NCBI GenBank assembly: GCA_002104945.1
Contig: MCFH01000005.1
Location: 62,001 to 126,000 of the forward strand
Reading direction: 5' to 3'
DNA from: Piromyces finnis finn
Lineage: Eukaryota; Fungi; Neocallimastigomycota
DNA length: 64,000 nt
Shown: positions 54,801 to 64,000 of the stretch, piece after piece
How the letters are laid out: the number at the start of each line of letters is the position of its first letter
How positions within the stretch are numbered: position 1 is the stretch's first letter
Translations under genes and position numbers: made by a program
The notes under the pieces: generated by a model
Seen by the model: only the letters and a program-made list of their open reading frames with translations
Database searches by the model: none
What the model was told of the DNA's origin: nothing

Positions 54801-57800
54801 TTTTCTCTAATAATGAATAAATATAAAATTGTTTCTCTAAATAATCTTTTTTGTTTGCAATATATTTGAATATTAGATGTTGATTGTAAAATTTATTATT
54901 AACTTGTAATAAAATGTTATGAATATCATTGATAGTTTCATTTAGATATCCAACTTTAAAATTCTGATTAAAGTAATAATTAATTAAATTATCGAAATTT
55001 TTAATACATTGTTGTTTGCAAAAAACATATTTACTATTGAAATTATTTAATAAATCGTCATTATTATTATTTATTGAATAATTAATTAAAAAAGTTAATG
55101 ATTCTGGAAAAATTATATTTAAATCATTTTTAATATTTTCAAGGTTATTAATTATATAATTTGCCTGATTCGATATGTAATTAATATTAGTTTCTTCATT
55201 TCTAATAATATCTATATTATTTTCTATATCATTCCATATTTTTAATATTACATTATTATTTATAATAAATATTGAATTATAAAGTTCGCTTTCCCAATTT
55301 AAACTTTTATTCAAAATGTTTTTAATTATTTCATGCTTATTTTCAATATCCTTAATTAAATTTTTAGTTTCATCAAATAAATTTGAAGTTATATCACATT
55401 TTTCATTACTTTTTGCATAAATTAGTTTATTCAAGAAATAATTCTCCATTAAATGAACATTTAAAGTTTCTTTGTGATATTTATATATACTAAGTGTATC
55501 ATTAAATATATCTTTAAATTCGTCTATTTTTATTTTGGAATTATCAATAAAGAATAGAATTTCACATATTTCATTATAATATTTTAAATCTTCGATCTTT
55601 TGATTTTTTGTTTTATTATTTAATAAATTTTCACAACTATTAATATAATTTGATATGTATTTAACTTCCTTTTTAATATTTTCTATATGATCTAAATATA
55701 TTTGTTCATTTTTTGAGAGTATTTCATTATTCAATGTAAAAAAATCTATATCAATAATATCATTGTCTAAATTATCACATTTATCTCTTAATACATTTAT
55801 ATAATCAATTATTAATATTTCATTAATTAATTTATTGTATATATTCATTATACTATGAATATTATTTTTAAGATTTTGAATACTTTTGCCATCATATATA
55901 TTTAATGTATCATTTCCTTTATTATATGTATCATATTTTTTAATATTTTTATTAATGATTACCTTTAATTCTGTTAAATCTTCATTATATTTCATATTTA
56001 TTGAGTTGAATAATTTATTATATATACCAAAATTATTATTATTTATGTTATCATCGGTTATATTATGTTTTGTAATATTTAAAACTGAATTTAAATTATC
56101 AATCCTTTCTTTAATTTCATCAATATTTATATATTCTCCTTTAAGTTCTAAATTTATTATTTTACTTTCAGTTAATAAATAATTAATTTTAATATTCTTT
56201 TCTCTATATTTCTTTATTAATTTGAATAAATTATTTACATCATTTAAATCAATATTAATTTTTTTAATATCAATAAAAATCTCAATTGCTTTTATAATTT
56301 CATCTATTTTTCTTTTTGCATCATCAATATATTGTAAAGTTGGCTTGTTGAAATCTATATCATTTGAATCAATATTATATTCTGATAAATAATATTTATA
56401 TTTATTTAATGAATCGATAATGTCGTTACTATCTTTCTTAATATTTTCAAAATCCTGATTATATTGATTGTTTATAATTCTTAGCTCGTTGAATGAATTA
56501 GTTGAATTTAATGACTTCTGTAAAAATTCAAAATTTTCAATATTCATGCTTTCATTTAAATCATTGTTTAGAGTTTCATATTTGATTTGCAAATTAGTAA
56601 TATTATATAGAATATCTTTTAAATTATTTAATTTTGATGTATTTATACATATATAATTATTAATTTCATTATACTCATTTGTATCGTTACATATAATAAA
56701 ATTTTCAAAATTCTCATTATTAATAAATTGAATATTCATTTCATAATAATTTTCTATTTTTTGAAATATATTATTAGCATCATTTAATAATTGTGTATTA
56801 ATATCCCATTGATTAATTTCTTCAGAAACTAATTTTAACAAATTTTCAATTTCATCTTTAAAATTTTGGTTCTCCAAAGGATTTAACTTTTTTAATAAAT
56901 CTTCACTTGTTAATAATTTTTTTAATAAAATATCTTTTAATTCCAAATATTGAATTTTACTATTAATTATATCATTTCTCTTCTCTAAATCATTATATAT
57001 TTGTTTAATATATTCAATGTTACTAAACCACTCATTTTTTATATTGTTTATACTATTGCATAGATTTATATCATTACAAATATTATATTTTTCATTTTTG
57101 GACAGACTTTCATACATGTTTGAATGTTTCTGATACAAATTTTTTAATTCTTTTATATATACTTCAATATCATTTAAATCTTTACTAAAACTTTTATATA
57201 AAGATTCACATTTTATTAAAATATTATCTCTATCATTAATTAATAAATAATTATTTTTCAATAACTCTTGAAAAAATTGTTTTGCTTCAGTTATATTATT
57301 ATTCTCATATATTTTTGCTTCTTCATCTTCTTTATTATTATTACTATAAAAATTTTTAAAATTTTCTAAAAATTTATTTATATTATTGTTTAAATTTTGA
57401 TAGTAATTTTTAATATAATTTTTAATATTTAACTCTTTAATTGAAGAAATATCAAACTTTTCATTTACCTCTTCATATGATTGTATTAAAGTTTGAACAG
57501 ATTTATCCATAGAATCTTGATAAGTTTTTCTTTCTTGATAATAGTTTTGATTTTTTATAGATGAAATTTTTTCCTCATTTATATCAAAATTTGTTTTAAT
57601 TTTTATAAATAAATTTTCAAGATTTAATATTAAATCAATTTGTTTTATTAAAAGCATGTGACAATTCAAATCTTCTTTTGATTTATTTAAATTTATCTTT
57701 AAATCATCAACTTTATTATTTAAATATTTTATCTTATTATTAATTATTAATGAATCTATAATGTTCATATTTTTAGTCTCATCTTCAATAAGTTTATTAA

Positions 57801-60800
57801 TATTATCAAAATTTTCTTTCAATTCTTTATATAATATATTAATGTTTTGATAATTATTATCATATAAATTATAAGCATTAAATTCTTTAAATAAATCAAC
57901 TATATTTTTATAACTATCTTCACAAGAATCTATTTTTATAATTATCTCTTTAAACAATATATTTCTTTCATTTATTTTTTCATAATTTATATTTATTTTC
58001 CTTTGTAATTCATTTATAATTTTTGTTTCTTTTATTATATGTTGTAATATCATTTCCTTTCTATTGATTTTAAGTAATACATTTTTATATAATATTTTTT
58101 GATTAATTTCATAATTTTTATATATTCCATCATTTTGTATATTTTTAATTATTTCTTCAATTTCTTTAAATTTTTTATTCAATTCCTCTATTGTATTCAT
58201 AGGATTATTGACATTAGAGTTATCAGCTTCTTTGTATTTTATATGTAATGAATTTAACTGACCATTAATGAAAATTAATTTACCATACAATAAATATACT
58301 ATTTCTTGAAAATCAATAAATAATTTTGTAAAATTGCAAAGAATTTTTAAATCTTCTTTATTTTGATTTAAATTGTTAAGATCTTCGATTACTTCATTTA
58401 TTTTATTAAATTGTAACTTATTTAATTTATTAATATACTCTTTTTTTTCTTTTATTTCATCATTAATTATATTACAATTATTGTTACTAATTTCAAGTTT
58501 TTCCTTTCCCTTTAAAATAATTAAATCGATTTTTTCTTTTAGAAAATTATTATATTCTAAGAAGTCACCATTAAAATCAAAATTCATTATAGAATCTAAT
58601 GAAATTAAAGATTCACTTGGTGGTAAATTATCTTCCATATCTTTAATACTTTGTGTTTTATCTATTATCCATTTTTTTATTTCATCTATTTCTGTTTCAT
58701 CTCTTTTTATTGACTCAATATTCTTAAATTCATTTTCAAACGTATTATTTATATTTTTTAATAAATCATTTGATTTTCCAATGAAATATAAAAATTCTTT
58801 TTTAATACATGATATTAAATATTGAATATGTTCATCATTTTCATTTTTATATTTATTATTTATATTATTATATTTTTCTAACTCTTTATTATATGAATTT
58901 TCATATTCCTGGATTTGAGCTTTATATAATTTTAATTCAATTGATTTTAAAGGTACATTACTTTCGTCTTTTTTAGTATTAATTAAATTAACACTATTTA
59001 TTATATTATTTATGTCATTATATTTTGATTTATAAATTGATACTATTTCAATAGATTTTTTAATTATACTATTGTATTGATCTAATTCTTTATAATCCCA
59101 TATCTTTTTAGGATTATTAAACAAGGACATTAATAATTGATATATATTTATTGGAAGATTATTAATATTATCATTATTTTCATTTAAAGTAAAGGTTTCG
59201 GATGCTAATGACGTTATTTCCATTAAACAGTTAATATTTTTATTCACTTCAATATATTTTACTTCATATACCTTATAGTTATTTTCTAGATTAATGGAAT
59301 TTTCATTGAAATTACTAATACTTTGGGAATATTTTAATATATTCTCCTTATTTAAAATATTTTTGAATTCATTTAATAAATTCTTTATATCTTCATTATT
59401 ATTATCTATAATTTCTCTTAATTTTTTATTAATATCATTAAATTGAATATCTCTTTTTGTTATATACTCATTTAATTTACTAAAACTTTCATTCATTTTA
59501 AATATCTTAATATCAATTAATCCATTATTTATTTCAAGAAATTCATTTACATAATTAAATGGAATTGTCATATTTTCTTCATATAAATTCTCGATTTCTA
59601 ATTTATCCTTTTTCCATGAATTAATTTTGTAATTTATTGAACTAAATAATACATTTAAATCTATTTTAAATTTATTACTGCTTTCATACTTATTTAATAT
59701 ATCTTCAATCTCTATACAGCTAATTAATTTTTCCTTTAATGTATTATAGTTAATATTTATTTTAATTAAAGTCCTGTACCAGTTTAAACCTTCATTTATT
59801 TTTTCTATAAATTTATTATTATTTATAATTAATTCCTCATATTTGTCATTAATTTCTTTTAAACTTAATGAATCAATTGACAATGTATTAATAAAACTAG
59901 AATACTTTTCTTTATATTTATCAGCTAGTTCATTATTTTTTGAAATTACATTTTTCACTTTTCTATCGCTTATTTGTATTTCTTTATTAATTTTTCTCAA
60001 ATCCTGTGAATGATTGTGTATATTTAATCTTAACTTCTCTAAATTATGTTGTTGTAATAAACCATTTTGAATTATATTATTTATTATAGTTGCTATTTTT
60101 TTTTTATTATTATCAATATTAAATTTAAAGTTTTCAAGCTTTTTACTACATTCTTCTTTAATATACTGTGTATTTGAAATACTTTTATTAATAGACGATA
60201 CACTATTCAGTTTATCCAATATATTTTGTACCAATTTCTTTAAACTATCTGGATCTCCCTCCCATTTATAGTCTTTAAAATTTTCATCAAATAATTTTGA
60301 TTCAATCCAATCAAATATTTTATTTAGTTTTTGTATTTCATTATTAAGTTCTATAGTAGAAATTTTATCAGGACTGACTTCATTTAAATAGCCTAATTCT
60401 TTGATATACTTTTTTTCATCTTCTTTAGTATTTTTATGTAATTCTTCTAATATTTTTTTTAATTTTTCCTCTTCTTCAAGTTTGTTAATATAATTTAATA
60501 TCTCTTTCCATTGATTTCTCAATTTTTTAATTTCATTATGAACATCATCTTCTTTTATTTTTATATTTTCAAATAATTTCATATACTTTTGTATATTTTT
60601 TAATGTTTCTTGATATCTTTCTTTTATATCAAATATTCTATTTACTTTATCAAAACTTTTTTCTAATTTTTTAATATCTTTTTCAAATATTACTTTCATT
60701 TCAATTTTAGTATTATTATCATTAATATTTTTAAATTCTCTAAATTTTTCTTGAATAAGTAATATAATATTTCTTATTTCTTTTAATTCTTTATTATTCT

Positions 60801-63800
60801 TATATATCTCATTAATTAAATTATGTTCAATATTACTATTACTTAAATTATTTTTTATAAATTGAATTTCTTTTTTAAATTTATCAATTAAGCATTTGAC
60901 TCCATAAATATTTTGATTTTGATTTAAATCAAGACTTTGAATATATAATTCACATTTATTAATTTTTTCTATTTCTATATTATTCAATATTTCATTAAAT
61001 ACTTTTTTATAATCTTCAATTTCAAGAGTTGATATATTATTATCACATGAAAATTCATTCAATTTACTAACACTCTCATTTATATTTATTATTATATCAT
61101 AATTTGTATAATATTCGCTTAAAAATGTTGAACAATATTTAATTTTTTCTAAAAGTTTATTGTATTTTCCATATGTATCAATCTGAATATCTTTTAATGA
61201 TTTAGATATTTTTGATACTAATAATTTTACAAATTCCTTTTTATTTGATTTATCATAGTAATTTTCATTATATATATTAATTATATTTTCACAGTCATTA
61301 AAATCAGATTTTAATACTTTATCAAGATATTTCTTTTCAATTTCTTTAATCTTTATTTTGTAATCACTTATTGTATTATTACTAATTTCAGACTTCTTTA
61401 GTTTATTATTTATAGTTTTAATTGAGTATAAAACATATGTAAATTTACCATACAAAGATATTGTTTTCTTTTCTACATCTACTAATTTTCTTGATGCTAT
61501 ACAATAATCATTAAAATTATTTAAAAATTCTTTTAATACATCAAATGATTTATTTACTGTAGTTTTCATTGATGAAATTTTTTCCTCATTGCTATATTCT
61601 ACAAAAATATCATTATAGTTTGCCAATTTTTCATTTAATAATTCATTTATTTCATTATAATGATTTATGTTTTCTTCAATAATTGCATTAGATTCTTCAA
61701 TAGTAGAATTTAATATTTTATTTATATCATTATTAAAATTTTCTAAATTATCATTATTTTCTATAGATATAATATTTCCAAGTATATTAAACAATGGTTT
61801 TGGTGGAAGATTAGAAGCATATTGCTTTATATTATTTTGTAGACTTTGAATCCATGTTTGAATGCTGATAAATTCATTAACAATATCTTTACATCTTTCT
61901 TCATATCTTTTAGTTATATCTTCAATTGTTTGATTAAATATTTTTAATAAATTATCAATTTCGGATAAATATTTTTGATTATTCTCTAAAATATATTTAT
62001 TTAATTCATTTACTGATTGATTATTTTCACTCTCTAATTTATTTACTTTATTATATTGGTTATGTCTAAATATAATTTCTTGCTCAAGTTTAATTCTATC
62101 ATTTTCAAATGTTTCTAATTTCGAATTGCAATGATCAATCATACTCATCTTTATTGAATTTTCTTTATTATACTTCAAAATACAATTATTTATTTCATTA
62201 TATAATTTATATAATTTTTCATATGAAATTTCATTATATTTAATTAAATTAATATAGTCATTCTCAATATTCCATTTTTTTTCATAATTTTCTATTAAAT
62301 TAACATAAACTTCATTTTCTAAATTTTTATTTATTATAGAGTATATTTCATCTGGAATTTTCTCTAATTTGTCATTTTCTTTTATATTTTCATATTTCAA
62401 TTTCTTTAAATTTTCCAAAAAAGTTTTATATTCAGTAACATAATCATGTATTTCTTTACTTTTATTATGCTCATTAATTAAATTAATACTATATTCTTCA
62501 TTACTTTTAATATTTCTTAAGTATTCGTTATAATAAAATAGCCATGATTCATAGCTTTCTTTGTTTAATCTTTTTTCTAATATATTGATTTCATTACTAA
62601 TATCATTATTACTTTTTAAAGATATTGATAACAATATCTTTTTCAGATTATTATATTGGTGCTTTCTTTTTTCATATTTAGTTTTTAATGAATCTACAAA
62701 TATTTTTTCAATAAATAATTTATCCAATTCATCAGAAGATTTAATACTAATCTTTTTTATTTTATATAATGGAAATTTAGTCTTACATGTACATAATCTC
62801 TCTATGTTCTGAATTTCATCCAACCAATTATTTAATGAATCATTAATATAATTAATTATTTTATTAATATATAACTCACTAAAACTGTTGTTGTTATCTT
62901 CTCCTGATATATTATTAATCAAATTTGAACAATGAATAATATCATTATTTAAATTTTCTTTTCTTTCTTCTAATGTATTAAAATTATTTATCCATTCAGT
63001 ACTATTAAAAACGATATCAACATATTCTTTTAAATTATTTTTCTTATTATATAAATCTTTTAATATCTCTTTATAATTATTAAGTTTATTAAATAATACA
63101 TTAGAGATAGACTGTATTAAATCACTTTCTGATTGTATATCATTTAAGAAATTAATATGTTCATCTATCTCACTACTACACTTTTCCATTTCTTCATTAA
63201 TACAATTTAATTCTTTATAGCATTGTTCATAGCATGATAATAAATCATTCAAAACATGTTTATCATTTATTTTATCAACGATAACTTGGATATTATATAG
63301 AATATCATTTATTCCACTCGTTACATTATTATCAATCTTTGTTAAATTATTTTGGATTTTATTTATTCCTTCAATGTTTATTAAAGAAATTATCTAATAT
63401 GTAATATAATATAATATAATATAATATAATATAATATAATATAATATAATATAATATAATATAATATAATATAATATAATATAATATAATATAATATAAT
63501 ATAATATAATATAATAAGATTAAATGAATTATATAAATATTAAATTAAGTATAAAATTTACCTTTAATTCTCTATTAATTCTTTTCCAAGCATTTTTATC
63601 CTTTTCTATTTCTATACTAATATTTTTAAAATTTTCATTAATTATTTTTTGGTAGTTTTTTATAAATTTATTCTGTGATTGTATCAAATTTTTTATATTA
63701 TGTTCTGATGTTTCTAATAATGTATCATTAATTGTAAAGGTATTCTCGATTTTATTAATAATATTTTCTTTTATTTCTTCTTCTTTTTCTTTTTTTGGAT

Positions 63801-64000
63801 TTTTAAATATATTTATATTTAAATAATTTTTTAAATACTCAATTTGATTTTTATTATTTATGTTATTTTTTTGAATATCTCTTAAATTTTTTGATATGAA
63901 TGAATTATTAATAAAATATTTTATAAAATTTTCACTTAGGTTAATAAATTCATAGTATTCAACTAGCTTTCTTGAAATATTTTGAATTAAGTTGTCAACG
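46201..64000 (-). CDS. Giant cytolinker-like protein (>5,800 aa): spectrin-repeat-like helical rod, acidic tandem-repeat region, C-terminal GAS2/GAR motif; 5' end beyond the right edge
   Basis: An exon from >64000 to 63562 (open in the part I translated) joins 63393-54443 through a phase-0 GT-AG intron. A phase-2 GT-AG intron at 54442-54332 then joins in frame to 54331-46201 (K|ERECTRKLIFYKD). The GAR-type motif KTYYCRVVGETVMIRIGGGWKDLNSFI is near the C-terminus. The rod has periodic Trp-containing amphipathic helices (KLRNQWKEIL, IFDWIESKL, IKKWIIDK). Confidence 0.78.
46600..46830 (-). other. GAS2/GAR microtubule-binding domain motif
   Basis: YCRVVGETVMIRIGGGWKDLNSFI matches the GAR hallmark xxRxxxxxVMVRVGGGWxxLxxFL. 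Confidence 0.85.
49830..52990 (-). repeat. Coding hierarchical tandem repeat (Glu/Asn/Gln-rich) in the giant protein
   Basis: Subunits IIENELIDNEQ, EEQNELIDNEQNG and LNSLQNNINYATTNE. The NYATT anchor (GTAGTTGCATAG on +) occurs at ~50450, 50624, 51146, 51431, 51695, 51980, 52244 and 52802. Confidence 0.95.
63402..63516. repeat. (ATAAT)n pentanucleotide microsatellite filling most of an intron of the giant gene
   Basis: Read directly; lies within intron 63561-63394. Confidence 0.95.

Noticed and set aside
47270-62812. Numerous plus-strand ORFs rich in S/F/I/L (e.g. MIPFCSLSINSF repeats)
   Set aside because: Antisense shadows of the giant minus-strand gene and its E/N/Q repeats.

Overview
Extremely AT-rich, intron-rich eukaryotic DNA, most consistent with an anaerobic gut fungus (Neocallimastigomycota). 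That assignment is inferred from base composition, Asn/Lys-rich proteins, short AT-rich introns and a fungal gene set. I assembled eight protein-coding genes by hand from GT-AG exons: (1) a divergent kinesin-like protein on the minus strand with an intact P-loop but degenerate switch I/II, running off the left edge; (2) a ~3,010-aa RIM15/Cek1-type PAS-Zn finger-kinase-receiver protein; (3) ADA2; (4) a large ankyrin-repeat protein; (5) an uncharacterised helical/low-complexity protein; (6) a ~32-exon 5-oxoprolinase containing a run of 7-24 nt micro-exons; (7) a 9-exon stand-alone LolD/FtsE/MacB-type ABC ATPase; (8) a giant protein (>5,800 aa, running off the right edge) with a spectrin-like rod, a hierarchical acidic tandem repeat and a C-terminal GAS2/GAR motif. 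There is also a 358-bp poly(A)-tailed retroposed element with a perfect 12-bp target-site duplication and a structured 3' end, a 45-bp minisatellite and several long microsatellites. I found no rRNA, tRNA or CRISPR array. Splice coordinates are manual readings, and family assignments come from motif recognition, not database searches.
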